This document shows, in pieces, positions 48,382 through 58,749 of a DNA stretch of 64,000 bases (position 1 is its first letter; each line of letters opens with the position of its first letter). The stretch is from a virus. Its lineage: Duplodnaviria > Heunggongvirae > Uroviricota > Caudoviricetes. Under the pieces are notes generated by a model, which saw nothing but the letters and a program-made list of their open reading frames with translations, was not told where the DNA came from and ran no database searches. The stretch covers positions 93,173 to 157,172 of the IMG/VR virus record IMGVR_UViG_3300021399_000107; one strand, 5' to 3'. Both the position numbers and the translations under genes were made by a program.

Positions 48382-48622
48382 CGCTTATCACTTCATGGGT
48401 ATAACAATGGGACATTATTGCGCGCCCATCAGCTGTAATAAGAGATGCAGAATGGGATAGCAACGTTGATATAGCTGCGGCCGCAAGTACGCTATGATAG
48501 GTGCTTTCAGCCTGCAAACGAGCAACTGTCGCATCTTCATTAAAAACAGGATGCACAATATGAGCATAGGTATTAGGAGCAGATTGCTGGATTTCTAGGA
48601 TATAATATTGATTCATAATCAT
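48368..48622 (-). CDS. hypothetical protein
   Basis: 84-aa ORF. Confidence 0.3.
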   Translation of the reverse strand: MIMNQYYILEIQQSAPNTYAHIVHPVFNEDATVARLQAESTYHSVLAAAAISTLLSHSASLITADGRAIMSHCYTHEVISDDET

Positions 48623-48630
48623 CTCTCCTT

Positions 48631-49272
48631 TTATTGCGGGCCAGGTGTAAAAGTATCGTCATTTTTCGATGCAAAGAATCGTTTACTTACTTTATCATAC
48701 ATACCCGCAACTCCATTATATAGACAAGGGATAAAATCTCGGACAAGCCGCGATCCTAACCAAAATTTTGCATAATATATGTTAAAAACACCATTACCGC
48801 CACCTAATGATGGAACTGAATTTGTGTAAGCGGCAAAGAGAGCCATTGTTTGTTCAGGATAGGCAATAAAACTGTTCCCAGAATAGTTCTGATTTGTGAT
48901 AATATCTGTGGTAAAATTTGTAACGGTAAAAATCCTATCTTTAAATGTTAGAAGCATTTCACCAGTTTTACCATTTACAAGTTTTGAGTCTCCTCTCCCA
49001 TTACCATAATCTAAACGAAGTTTATCTTGATCTGCTAAAAAATTAATATTATTATATGGAGCGGCACCTACATTCTTTCTTGCCCCATACACAAACACTT
49101 CTTTTTTTGTGTTATAACAACGTATTTCAAATTCTAACTCAGCTGTTAACGCGATTCCCATATCAATGTAAGGATGCGTTCCACTAATTGTACCGATGTA
49201 TTGTAATGGAATATAGGAAATAGAGGGCGTGGAGTCTAGTAAGATACGCCTGCGTAGTTCTAGCGCGCCCAT
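48631..49272 (-). CDS. hypothetical structural protein
   Basis: 213-aa ORF. Confidence 0.4.
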   Translation of the reverse strand: MGALELRRRILLDSTPSISYIPLQYIGTISGTHPYIDMGIALTAELEFEIRCYNTKKEVFVYGARKNVGAAPYNNINFLADQDKLRLDYGNGRGDSKLVNGKTGEMLLTFKDRIFTVTNFTTDIITNQNYSGNSFIAYPEQTMALFAAYTNSVPSLGGGNGVFNIYYAKFWLGSRLVRDFIPCLYNGVAGMYDKVSKRFFASKNDDTFTPGPQ

Positions 49273-50369
49273 ATGCCAACAACTCCTCGCCCATTTAACA
49301 CATTAATTTCATATATCATGTTTGCTTGTATATTTGATGGATCAAATGTGTTGGGCCATAGGATACTTGTAGAGGTGAAGACAGGAATAGTATCACCGGT
49401 AGAAAAAACGACAGAAAAGATTCCAGTAGCAGGAGGAGTGATAGAAATGGAATATATTTCACCGCACAAATAGCTGGTGTTATTTTCTGCTACAATAACG
49501 GGGTCTGTACCAGAAACTTCAATTACAGCCGGGCGCGCAAGTGTATCAACATAGGTCTTAATACCACCGCTAGTGACTGGATTGGTGCTATTTTGAGTAG
49601 GAGTTGTATCAAATGTTAGAATATCCTGCTTCCCACTTATATCCTGATGTTGGGTAAGATAACCAGCATCATTGTCCAACTCAGACACTTTTGTTGGCAC
49701 CGTAGCAGTAGGCAATACAAGATTTAGAACCGGATCTTCTGCTGTTCCAGTAATTGTAGCTGCCGCTTGCGGCCCTTCTTCAACTGTGCCAATGTGCAAT
49801 TGCGAAACACTACCGCTTGCCTTCACACTTGTATTAACATATTGTGATGTTTCTGCATCCCAAGCATACCAATAACCGTCATCACCAATAGTAGGATAAT
49901 GGTCAACATTTGATTGTGTTTGCTGTATGGCTTGATCTAGAGCTATAAGAGCGTTAGAAATAATATCTAAATCTTGCGGCGAAATTTTAGCGCTTGCGCC
50001 ATCAGGCGAAACTAAATAGTTATCAGCCGTTTCTCGAATTTCGCAAATCGGGAGAGCAAAACCCGCATAATAGGAATCCACTTCATCCCCATTAACAAGT
50101 TCATCTTCAACAAATTCTGGATTTGTATAATATTTAATATCCCAAAAGTATTTACCTGGCTTTAAATTAACGGTATCATTGTGAGAGAAGGCGATACTAA
50201 GTGTATCGCCTTCGCTTGGAACAATTTTTTGAAATAACTTTGTGCGCGTTAAGTTATCAAAAATTGTAAAAACGGCAATGTTACCGGTGACATTATTTAA
50301 AGCTGGTAAAGAAAAAGAGCCAGTGTCTCCACGCGGTATAATTAATCGCCGTCCAATCATTCTAATCAT
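49260..50369 (-). CDS. hypothetical structural protein (baseplate/fibre-associated)
   Basis: 369-aa ORF. Confidence 0.4.
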   Translation of the reverse strand: MIRMIGRRLIIPRGDTGSFSLPALNNVTGNIAVFTIFDNLTRTKLFQKIVPSEGDTLSIAFSHNDTVNLKPGKYFWDIKYYTNPEFVEDELVNGDEVDSYYAGFALPICEIRETADNYLVSPDGASAKISPQDLDIISNALIALDQAIQQTQSNVDHYPTIGDDGYWYAWDAETSQYVNTSVKASGSVSQLHIGTVEEGPQAAATITGTAEDPVLNLVLPTATVPTKVSELDNDAGYLTQHQDISGKQDILTFDTTPTQNSTNPVTSGGIKTYVDTLARPAVIEVSGTDPVIVAENNTSYLCGEIYSISITPPATGIFSVVFSTGDTIPVFTSTSILWPNTFDPSNIQANMIYEINVLNGRGVVGIWAR

Positions 50370-51148
50370 TAGTCATTATACCGCCTATCATAACGTGGCA
50401 TACGTCTATATGAGTACCACTCATCGTCATCATGCTCAGGCATATCATAATTTGTATAATTGCCTTCGCCCCTGCGGCGATACTGATAATTTTCCATATT
50501 TAGACGACGAATTTTTTCTGCGTATTTTTCCTTTAGTGGCTCTTGTTGGGATAGGATATAATTCATGTCATAACCGTCGCTCTCAAGAGAAATAAGTTTC
50601 TCTTCGGCGTGTTGGAGTTCTTTATCTACGTGGTCAATTAGGTAATCCATCTTGCGGGCAGCTTCGCGCTCATTCAGTTGATTGAGCTTGTCGGTCATAT
50701 TGATCAGAAATTGCTTAGTTTCTTTCTCATAGTCAATCCACTTCTTGAAACCATCTTTTACACCATTACGTTTAGTGCTGCCGTCAACATCATAGCGTGT
50801 ATATTTATACCAATTTTGAGGAATGACGTTATTAGCATAATTGGTTGAACCCATAGAATTACCATTGTTGTTATTATTATTTCCCATATTACCTAAATTA
50901 TACATATAGGTGGGCTGCACAAGCTGGTTATATTCTTTCATATACATATCTTTTGCTTTACGATAGGTTAGAAGCTCGCAAAGCATCTGATATTCATGAC
51001 ATTTCTGATAACCGGGTAGATTGAGAAAAGAATAGTAATCGGCTAGTTGCTCGTGCATTTCAACGCCCTGCTTCATTCGATTTAGTAATTCAGAATAAAG
51101 TTGCTGGGCTTCTTGATTTTGAGACATCATATTACCCCTCCTTAGCAA
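50369..51148 (-). CDS. Asn/Tyr-rich hypothetical protein
   Basis: 259 aa with NMGNNNNNNGNSMG. Confidence 0.4.
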   Translation of the reverse strand: MLRRGNMMSQNQEAQQLYSELLNRMKQGVEMHEQLADYYSFLNLPGYQKCHEYQMLCELLTYRKAKDMYMKEYNQLVQPTYMYNLGNMGNNNNNNGNSMGSTNYANNVIPQNWYKYTRYDVDGSTKRNGVKDGFKKWIDYEKETKQFLINMTDKLNQLNEREAARKMDYLIDHVDKELQHAEEKLISLESDGYDMNYILSQQEPLKEKYAEKIRRLNMENYQYRRRGEGNYTNYDMPEHDDDEWYSYRRMPRYDRRYND

Positions 51149-51555
51149 AGCTGCGTAACAATTACATTATAGTGCGCGTCAGCCGACGCAACATCGCTAG
51201 GATTGATTATTTGAACTGCGGTTGGCGCAGAAGTACAGTTACAAGGACAATTGGTTTGCGCGACAGTCACAAGGCAACAGGTTGAGGCACTAGCAAGGTC
51301 TCCAACAGCAACAGTAGCCATGTTGATTGCGTCAAGCCTTGGCGCGCCATTAACGGCAACTTGCACGCCAAAGTCGCCAGCGGCTTCAACACTTCCATAA
51401 GCATCGACCTTAATGAGGTATACACCACGTTTTTCAAGGAGGATAGTAGCAGGCGCGCTGTGTGATGCAGAGTTGCCTTTTGCATAAGTAACATTATTTA
51501 GTGGGACGGCTGCGCCAGCAGCAACAGTCAGCCCATCGCTATATAGTTGAAGCAT
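51142..51555 (-). CDS. hypothetical structural protein
   Basis: 137-aa ORF. Confidence 0.4.
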   Translation of the reverse strand: MLQLYSDGLTVAAGAAVPLNNVTYAKGNSASHSAPATILLEKRGVYLIKVDAYGSVEAAGDFGVQVAVNGAPRLDAINMATVAVGDLASASTCCLVTVAQTNCPCNCTSAPTAVQIINPSDVASADAHYNVIVTQLC

Positions 51556-51580
51556 TTTAAATTACCTCCATATGTATACA

Positions 51581-51613
51581 AAAAATAGGGCGCACATAAG
51601 TGCGCCCTATTTT
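51581..51613 (-). terminator. rho-independent terminator
   Basis: Hairpin AATAGGGCGCAC-N4-GTGCGCCCTATT followed by TTTTGTAT on the minus strand. Confidence 0.55.
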
Positions 51614-51647
51614 AAACTAGACACACTAAATGTGTTCGATGTTTAAA

Positions 51648-51947
51648 TTACATATTCACTCCATTGCAGCAAGTGTTGCCGCAAGTGTTGCCGCCGCAGA
51701 AGGGATTGGTTCCAGCATTATAGGTCCAACCATTGGGATAACGCATTACACCTTGTAACTGATTAGCTAGCTGTAGCTGACCAACCTGGTCACGAAGGTC
51801 TTGAATGGTGTTGCCGGTCATCATATCAATGATACGCTGGGTCTGTGCAGTAGTATTGGCATTAATAGAAGAAGTGTTCATCGCGTTCTCATAGCGCGCC
51901 TGTGCAATTTGAGCAGCTAGGTTGTTACCAACCTCATTGATGAGCAT
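51648..51947 (-). CDS. probable 3' exon of intron-interrupted structural gene (99-aa ORF)
   Basis: Gln/Asn/Ala-rich composition like the upstream 142-aa ORF. Its ribosome-binding site is poor. It lies immediately 3' of the intron's P9 hairpin. Confidence 0.4.
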   Translation of the reverse strand: MLINEVGNNLAAQIAQARYENAMNTSSINANTTAQTQRIIDMMTGNTIQDLRDQVGQLQLANQLQGVMRYPNGWTYNAGTNPFCGGNTCGNTCCNGVNM

Positions 51948-51949
51948 CC

Positions 51950-52965
51950 TCGTATCACAACCATGGTGTTATCATAAAAGCTCTTTATCTTTTATTTCTT
52001 ATGGTTTCCCATAAGTTCGGACTATATCTTCACCCATAAGTGGGGTCGGGCACTCGTGGAGAGATTATTGGTAAATCTTCCTCACTCTCTAAGTCTCTGA
52101 GCCTTCCAAGATACCAGATTGATTATTCTCTTGGCTTGGCTGCTGGTTGGCATATTTACAAATATGGTTTTTATATTTAATTTGCCCATTATTATCTTTT
52201 AATTTTTTGGAAAAGCTAACATAGGAAAAATTATAATATTTTGCTGCGGCTTTAATGCTCGGAAATAAAATATCATCTACATATATTGATAAACTTTTTG
52301 ATGTATTTGGATTAATAAATACAGGAAAATTTTTATTTAATTCATCTTCATATCTACAAATATTTCCATAAGCATCATATCCTTTTTTACACCAACGAAT
52401 TACCGTATCTTCACAAACATGCAGTTGCCGTGCTGCTTCTAAAACTCCAATATAGCGCTGTCCGTTTATTACAACAGGACGACGCTTTTGTCCATTTACT
52501 TTTTCTGCAATTTCTGGATCTTGCATTGGATTATTTTTAGACATTCGTTCTCGTTGTTGTGATCGTTTCATTGGATTGTATTCTGATTGATATGCACGCA
52601 TAGCATCTGTCCAAACAAAGTGACAACCACCTTTTCCACCATTATCTAAACTGGCTTTTGCTTGTCCTATTTTATGATAGTATTTAATTAATGCCGCTTC
52701 TTTAGCGAAAGCGTCTTGCTCTTTGTCAAAATATTCAATAATTTCTACTTCACAATTATAGTTATTGTAGTATTTTTTAAAAATTTCATTACGACCAGCA
52801 ATTTGATGGCATCTATTCCCTGTTCCTTTTCCAATATAAAATACTTCATTTATATCTATAGCTATCCATCTATACACATAAAAAATTTTTTCTTCCATTG
52901 TAATTCTCCATATTTTATAATTTGGCTGTTCCAGCAATTCACCCGATTGCCATAGCAACTTACGC
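51950..52965 (-). mobile_element. group I intron (approximate bounds) carrying GIY-YIG homing endonuclease ORF
   Basis: On the minus strand: an R-like element GGCTCAGAGACTTAGA at 52091-52106 and an exact S element AAGATATAGTCC at about 52038-52049. These are followed by a P9-like hairpin TTATGG-GAAA-CCATAA. A P-like element GAATTGCTGGAA lies 5' of the ORF. The HEG stop codon sits inside R. Confidence 0.6.
52089..52898 (-). CDS. GIY-YIG homing endonuclease (intron-encoded)
   Basis: Start at MEEKIFYVYRW, which has a TGGAGA ribosome-binding site. GIY-YIG block YVYRW...FYIGKGTGNR and conserved SLDNGGKG. The C-terminal region is a DNA-binding repeat. Confidence 0.7.
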   Translation of the reverse strand: MEEKIFYVYRWIAIDINEVFYIGKGTGNRCHQIAGRNEIFKKYYNNYNCEVEIIEYFDKEQDAFAKEAALIKYYHKIGQAKASLDNGGKGGCHFVWTDAMRAYQSEYNPMKRSQQRERMSKNNPMQDPEIAEKVNGQKRRPVVINGQRYIGVLEAARQLHVCEDTVIRWCKKGYDAYGNICRYEDELNKNFPVFINPNTSKSLSIYVDDILFPSIKAAAKYYNFSYVSFSKKLKDNNGQIKYKNHICKYANQQPSQENNQSGILEGSET

Positions 52966-53388
52966 TGCTAAAGTGTCATTGTAGATATAACACTGATTCT
53001 GATTTGCAAGTAGCGTCATCTGATTGGTACGAACATCATTAATCTGAGAGCCGATAACCGCTTGAATATCCTTCATCACATTAATGTTATCGTACTTAGC
53101 CTGAGAAGTAGCCGCAACAGCCTGCGCAGTACCATTTGTAATGGCGGTCATGATATCACGATTCTGATCTTGTAGATCAGAGAAGTTCATGCCAGCCTGT
53201 ACAAAATCCTGCGTTGCGTATTGAGGACGATAGCCGCCGCCACCGCCAAAATTGCCAAAGCCGCCGCCAAAGAGTGCGAGGATAGCAAATAGCCAAATCA
53301 TACCGCCCCAGCCGCTACCACCAAAACTGTCATTATTGTTTCCACTGAGTAGAGCGACATCAGCAGCAGAAAGTCCATTTTCGCTCAT
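52960..53388 (-). CDS. probable 5' exon region of interrupted gene (142-aa ORF; Gly-rich membrane/structural protein)
   Basis: GGGFGNFGGGGG and a hydrophobic segment. The C-terminal residues may be read-through into the intron. Confidence 0.4.
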   Translation of the reverse strand: MSENGLSAADVALLSGNNNDSFGGSGWGGMIWLFAILALFGGGFGNFGGGGGYRPQYATQDFVQAGMNFSDLQDQNRDIMTAITNGTAQAVAATSQAKYDNINVMKDIQAVIGSQINDVRTNQMTLLANQNQCYIYNDTLAA

Positions 53389-53418
53389 AATTATTCCTCC
53401 TTAGAAAAGAAAAATTAT

Positions 53419-53455
53419 ATATATAAAAAACGTTCGTGTTTAAAACACGAACGTT
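53419..53455 (-). terminator. rho-independent terminator
   Basis: Hairpin AACGTTCGTGTTT-AAA-ACACGAACGTT followed by TTTTTTATATAT on the minus strand. Confidence 0.55.
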
Positions 53456-53781
53456 CATTGCAGAGCACGCAACACATCTTCGGGATTTACGCCCGCTTGT
53501 TGCGCTAAATAATAGAACAATTGTTGCATATTAATGCCATTAGAAGAAGCCATTTTAATTAGATTCGCTAGTGTCGGATTCTGATTTATCGCTTCTGTAA
53601 TAACTTGTTGCGGATTAGCACTCATTTTTACCGCACTCATCAGATTCCTAATTTGTTGAATCTGTGGATTCATCTGCGGCTGTTGCTGCGTTCCTTTGCT
53701 TCTTATTTGATTTTGAAACTCCAGAATTGGATTGCTTGGCATATAATTCCTCCAAGTGGCGTAGTCGACTATCAAGATCAT
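53455..53781 (-). CDS. Gln/Asn-rich hypothetical protein
   Basis: 108-aa ORF. Confidence 0.35.
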   Translation of the reverse strand: MILIVDYATWRNYMPSNPILEFQNQIRSKGTQQQPQMNPQIQQIRNLMSAVKMSANPQQVITEAINQNPTLANLIKMASSNGINMQQLFYYLAQQAGVNPEDVLRALQ

Positions 53782-54055
53782 TTAGATCAATAGGCGGCTG
53801 AGTTTGGTGCGGCTTCACGTCAAATGGCGCAACCGTTAGATAACCGGCTCCATCTGTTTGCGCAAGCCAGACAATAGCGCCCGATTCATCTAGCAGTAAG
53901 ATACTGCTATTCGCATCCATTTGAATACTGCGCGCGCCTGCTTCACCTTTAACCTTAATGATTTCATAGTGCGGCAAAATTTGATATGGTGAGCGCATAG
54001 ACATGCGTCCCATATTCATATTCATATTATTATTAATTCTATTTCCTAAGTCCAT
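53648..54055 (-). CDS. hypothetical protein (overlaps downstream ORF in another frame; one of the two may be mis-started)
   Basis: 135-aa ORF. Confidence 0.3.
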   Translation of the reverse strand: MDLGNRINNNMNMNMGRMSMRSPYQILPHYEIIKVKGEAGARSIQMDANSSILLLDESGAIVWLAQTDGAGYLTVAPFDVKPHQTQPPIDLNDLDSRLRHLEELYAKQSNSGVSKSNKKQRNAATAADESTDSTN

Positions 54056-54057
54056 AT

Positions 54058-54273
54058 TTATGCCTCATTCTTATATTTGCGACCACAATATGGACACCAC
54101 ACGCATGGCCGCATGTTGTTCGCATTATCTAGAAAAAAGAGCGGGATTTCGCGCTTCTTTTTCTGATTGTAACAGAAGCCGCATCCGATTGTTTGTGGCT
54201 CTTTCCATGAAGCATCTTTAGTAGCTTCTTCGTAGTTTTCGTATTCTTCGTATTCGTACCTAAATCGTGCCAT
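54058..54273 (-). CDS. zinc-ribbon protein
   Basis: CGFCYN...CVWCPYCG. Confidence 0.4.
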   Translation of the reverse strand: MARFRYEYEEYENYEEATKDASWKEPQTIGCGFCYNQKKKREIPLFFLDNANNMRPCVWCPYCGRKYKNEA

Positions 54274-54282
54274 AATGCTCCT

Positions 54283-54927
54283 TTATGTACCTGCGTAGTC
54301 AATAATGACTATTTTATTATTTATATAGCCGACATTCCCAAAGTGAATGTCGTCAATTTTATTTGTAGCAAGAAAATTAGATAAGCGTTCATATGCTTCA
54401 CGTCCATAATCTTCATAAAAATTATTGGCTATATCAACATAAGTGTTTAGACAAGAAGGAACGGAACGTAAATAAGAACGTCTACCTGAACGTATGTAGT
54501 GATGATGTATAGAGGAAGTACGCGCACGCGGATACGCATACAAAGGAAGCCGTATATTCTTTGCTGTATATGTTCCTAGTTGATATGGTTGCGCGAAAAA
54601 TTGTGAACAAGAAGCCTTTTCAGCCAATTTATAATTTTCGCACTCATGAAGACAATGAAAAACACTAGGCTGTAAATCAAATTTTACAACATATTCGCAC
54701 GTATCATCAATTAGACAACCTCGAAACGCGCCGCAGGCGATGTGAAGGTGAGGATTAAACAAGTCCTCACCTTCATCTTCTTCTTCAAAACTAAGTTCAT
54801 AAGGTGAAGAAAAATACTTATTCCAAAAAGATGAATTATGAATAAGCGTAGTGAGTGCGCTAGAATAGCGGTCGTAAACTTCGTTGAAATTCATCTTTAC
54901 ACTTCCTTTCATGTTTCTATTATACAC
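54283..54927 (-). CDS. hypothetical protein
   Basis: 214-aa ORF. Confidence 0.4.
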   Translation of the reverse strand: MYNRNMKGSVKMNFNEVYDRYSSALTTLIHNSSFWNKYFSSPYELSFEEEDEGEDLFNPHLHIACGAFRGCLIDDTCEYVVKFDLQPSVFHCLHECENYKLAEKASCSQFFAQPYQLGTYTAKNIRLPLYAYPRARTSSIHHHYIRSGRRSYLRSVPSCLNTYVDIANNFYEDYGREAYERLSNFLATNKIDDIHFGNVGYINNKIVIIDYAGT

Positions 54928-54947
54928 GAAAGTGCGTAAAAAGTCAA
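54919..54947 (-). promoter_or_regulatory. consensus promoter TTGACT-17-TATAAT
   Basis: ATTATA-N17-AGTCAA on the plus strand. Confidence 0.55.
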
Positions 54948-55013
54948 GTATTAAAATTACTGTTCTGTAAGATAGGTAGAAAAAATTGGTTGAAAAATGT
55001 ATATTATGCGCGC

Positions 55014-57659
55014 TTACCTTTCAACCCAACCACGATTCAAATATTGCCATCCTTTTGTATGTCCTGTTGTGTCTACCATTTGCGCGCCAAATGGAACATT
55101 AGTATCGGTAGGATATTCGGTTCCATAGGCTACACCAGAATTAAGGTATGGTGATTGTAGTGTCCATGCGCCTTCGTTGAAGCCACCTAGACGAATAGAG
55201 ATATGACTAAAAGATGGGGCATTGGTATCGGCTAATTCAAGTGGAAACTCATTAAAAGGATAGAGACAGGGATAGAACTTGATTACCATTGTGTGGTAAG
55301 TTTCGTTTCCATTCTCATCCGGTAAGTCAGGAAAGCGTTTTATCATTAGTGCGTTATGTCCCATTGGTTTTCCATAATAGTTACCTACTGTCAAAGTGCC
55401 TTCATCATTAGTGATGGGCGCGCCAATGGTACGATCATAGCCATACAAATCTTCGCGCCTAATAGTAGGTGCATCGCATAAGTAAACGATTGCGCCATCA
55501 TCTGGCCTCGTTGCACGATAGAATTTTGCTGAGCCACTATCCAATTCTCGTACTCCTTGAGAATTGTAAAGAAGACAATTCCACATGATACCCTCAACAT
55601 CGGCGTCAATTTCGACAACATAAGATGTGTTTAAGGTAAGGGTAAGAGTAGCGAAACAATACTGGTCTTGAAAAAGATCGGCTGGCATCATGCGCAGATG
55701 GGTTAGATCATCTTGATACACTCTTGGATTATAATGCTGTTTTTTGGGATTCAAAATTTCTACTCGCGGGTGGCCGCCAGTAGCTACCAAGTTGGTTGGT
55801 AATGTGAATTTCTCTTGCGGCGTAATTAGATTAAAAATTGGAACAAACTTCCAATACTTTTTGTTTCTAAATGCGCGCACATTTGATTTCTTATCTATGG
55901 TATCCCATTTCTTTGTTACCATCAGCATAGAGTCATAGGTCTCGTCGTGCGTGCGCTCGACAATATTACTTGCGGAATCGTAGTAGGCGGTTGGAATCCA
56001 ATAGCCATAGGGAAGTCCAGAATACTCAAAAGCGGATTGAGTATTAAGAATTTCGCCGCCATCCTTGTAAATAATAGCATCAAGAACGTAGTAGTATTCA
56101 ACATCATTTTCTGTGCTATATATATAACCATAAGTAATAAGTTTTTGAATCCAATCGGGCAATATGTAAGCCTTATGAGTGCCTTCTTTCCAAGTGTTAT
56201 TATTTATATCTGTTGGATCGCTGCCAGGATCACAAGTATACACACCATTTGGCACTTGCTGTACCAAACCTTCGTTATCATCGGGGTCCTCGGCTTGCAC
56301 TTTTGCCGCAATAGAATAAAAAGGATACTCGGTATTTGTTTCATTATTAGGTAAACGTTGCCTGTTCATAAGATAAGTAGTGTCACTGTCACTTGTTGGA
56401 TTAATGAAGCTAACTGTTGGCGCGCTTGTGCCTGACTTATTAATTACATATTTCCTATACTTAATTTGATCTATTAGTTCAAAATAAATGGTATCGTAAA
56501 GGAAATAATTGGGATTCAAATTTTCACCACGACAAATAAACATATTATTGCGACCATTATTAATATTAAGTGATGAAGTACTTGATTCCAATGAAACATT
56601 ATAGAAATAATTGTTATTGCTCTTGTAGTCTTTTATTTTAGACCCATACAAGAAAATATGCGACACTTGCATATCATAAAATTTGTTATCATTGGTATAA
56701 CCATAGGTGCCACCATTTATTTTTACAGAATCATAGAAAGTATGAGTTACGTCAGGCCATAGTTCTTCATCTGCTCCATTTAAAGAATGATATTTCAAAT
56801 CTTCGGGTTGTGCTTGATAATTTTCAATAGCCATTAGCTTTAATGTATTTACATAATGACCATGAATTGTATTATAAGTACATGAGCAGTCGCGCAAAAC
56901 GCTACGATCATCGCCAATAAAGTTGAGAGTGTCGATGCGGTCGAAGGTAATATCACAATGACCCATGTTAATAAAGGAAATAAATGTAGCGCGATAGATG
57001 AAAATATTGAGATATAGATATTGGCGCGCTGGGCGATCACCAATAACAACAGGAACGGCGTTTGTGTCGTCTTCAGGATCGAGTTTAGTTGTCTTTGCTC
57101 GCCATGCGCTTGAGGTCGCGTCATCTAAATCGTATTTAAACACAAGCCCAAGATTTTCAAACGTACTATTTAAATTTATACTTTTAGGAAAATTTTCAGC
57201 AGGCGTTGGAACTAATAGATCACCAACATAAGTTGATGTTAAATTTGTAGAACGTAGTGTAATTAAATATGGTGCATTTGTGCCGCTATATGTAAAAACA
57301 TCACTATTACTTGTCCAGTTTAATTTATGCTGACAACAATAGCGAAAACTATTTTGTACAATAGATTCAAATTTTTGCGCGCCTGCGTCTTCTGTAAGAA
57401 CAGAAGGCAGTCCACCAAAGGATTCAATACTTATGTCGGTAGATGGAACAATTTCTACGGAATATGAACCTACGTTAGATTGCCCATTAGCACTAAAGTA
57501 ATTTATGGGTAGCTCTTCTTGCGGCTCCTCGATAATACGATAACGAGCTTGCCCGCCATCATTAACCTCCCTAAATCCTAGGGTTGAAAAAATGGTTCCA
57601 ATCGGTAGCGTTGGTTCGTTTACAATACCCAGTAGTGTATCAAAAAGTTGTTCTTGCAT
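55014..57659 (-). CDS. large structural protein (tail spike/baseplate-like, 882 aa)
   Basis: Start at MQEQLFDTLL with an AGGTGAGAAT ribosome-binding site. Tyr/Asn/Thr-rich, beta-rich composition. Confidence 0.45.
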   Translation of the reverse strand: MQEQLFDTLLGIVNEPTLPIGTIFSTLGFREVNDGGQARYRIIEEPQEELPINYFSANGQSNVGSYSVEIVPSTDISIESFGGLPSVLTEDAGAQKFESIVQNSFRYCCQHKLNWTSNSDVFTYSGTNAPYLITLRSTNLTSTYVGDLLVPTPAENFPKSINLNSTFENLGLVFKYDLDDATSSAWRAKTTKLDPEDDTNAVPVVIGDRPARQYLYLNIFIYRATFISFINMGHCDITFDRIDTLNFIGDDRSVLRDCSCTYNTIHGHYVNTLKLMAIENYQAQPEDLKYHSLNGADEELWPDVTHTFYDSVKINGGTYGYTNDNKFYDMQVSHIFLYGSKIKDYKSNNNYFYNVSLESSTSSLNINNGRNNMFICRGENLNPNYFLYDTIYFELIDQIKYRKYVINKSGTSAPTVSFINPTSDSDTTYLMNRQRLPNNETNTEYPFYSIAAKVQAEDPDDNEGLVQQVPNGVYTCDPGSDPTDINNNTWKEGTHKAYILPDWIQKLITYGYIYSTENDVEYYYVLDAIIYKDGGEILNTQSAFEYSGLPYGYWIPTAYYDSASNIVERTHDETYDSMLMVTKKWDTIDKKSNVRAFRNKKYWKFVPIFNLITPQEKFTLPTNLVATGGHPRVEILNPKKQHYNPRVYQDDLTHLRMMPADLFQDQYCFATLTLTLNTSYVVEIDADVEGIMWNCLLYNSQGVRELDSGSAKFYRATRPDDGAIVYLCDAPTIRREDLYGYDRTIGAPITNDEGTLTVGNYYGKPMGHNALMIKRFPDLPDENGNETYHTMVIKFYPCLYPFNEFPLELADTNAPSFSHISIRLGGFNEGAWTLQSPYLNSGVAYGTEYPTDTNVPFGAQMVDTTGHTKGWQYLNRGWVER

Positions 57660-57663
57660 ATTC

Positions 57664-58749
57664 TCACCTCGCCTGTACAATAGCATTAACTACTTTCGAT
57701 AAAATATTTGTCTTATATCTACAATAAATATGACTAGCTTCGGTCAGATATAAAGCATAATTATATTTGTTAATACCAAAATTGTTATACAAATCAACTA
57801 CTGGCACATGATATTTTTTACCAATTTCCTTAATTAATTCTACATATTCTGGTAATAATGTATCAGCAATGATTTTATCTTCTGCTCCACCTGGATTGGT
57901 AGCAAAATTCCAATACGCATAGGAAGGAGTTAGTAATTTTAAAGTAAAATCAGAATTTCGTTTAGAATACAAAATTGAATCGACAGTTGATTCATAATCA
58001 GTTTTAAATTGAGAACCGAGGTTCACCGACCCATTAAAATCATACAATCCATAACCAAACCATAGTTCATCTACTTGCGGCCAAACGCTATTATTAACTC
58101 CTAGATTTAAATAATTAACAACATAATTCTGAAAAGTAGAAGTCATCGCATTGTAACTTGCAACTTGCGTAGAAAAATCTCCAGAAATTAATGCTGTAAT
58201 TAATTTGGTGCCAGTAAAATCATTCATATGATTAGTGCTACGCGATTCAATATCGCTACACGAACCATAAGTGATGGTGCCATTGATAATATTGGCATGA
58301 GCCGCTAGTCGCGCTTGTTGTATAAAAGACGCAGCACCAAATAATTCTGATCCTAAAATTAAGATATTTGGTGTGGTTGCTTGAATCGCAGCTAAGGAAT
58401 TAAGTGTACCATTACTTATTGGCGCTATATTATCGTTAATAATTAGCGTATCATTAATATTAATTGGCTTAATAGCTTGATAGAAAACATTTTTCCAAAT
58501 GCCATATTCGCCTATATTTAATGCGATTTGCGCGCTATTAGAATCACTAGTAGCTAACAGGGGCGCAAATTGTGTTATATCAGGAACAGAACGCGCCGTT
58601 GGCACCGTCCCTAATTCATTACTTTCGGTAAATGTATCAAGGATTACGTTTAATCTTTCCAAAATATCATAAACAAGACCTTGTTTAATTGGCTTACTAG
58701 CAACTAAATTTGCTTTCATATAGTCAATCCAAGATTGTTCATTCGGCAT
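57664..58749 (-). CDS. hypothetical protein, possible SGNH/GDSL-like hydrolase
   Basis: 361 aa. The functional assignment is weak. Confidence 0.3.
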   Translation of the reverse strand: MPNEQSWIDYMKANLVASKPIKQGLVYDILERLNVILDTFTESNELGTVPTARSVPDITQFAPLLATSDSNSAQIALNIGEYGIWKNVFYQAIKPININDTLIINDNIAPISNGTLNSLAAIQATTPNILILGSELFGAASFIQQARLAAHANIINGTITYGSCSDIESRSTNHMNDFTGTKLITALISGDFSTQVASYNAMTSTFQNYVVNYLNLGVNNSVWPQVDELWFGYGLYDFNGSVNLGSQFKTDYESTVDSILYSKRNSDFTLKLLTPSYAYWNFATNPGGAEDKIIADTLLPEYVELIKEIGKKYHVPVVDLYNNFGINKYNYALYLTEASHIYCRYKTNILSKVVNAIVQAR

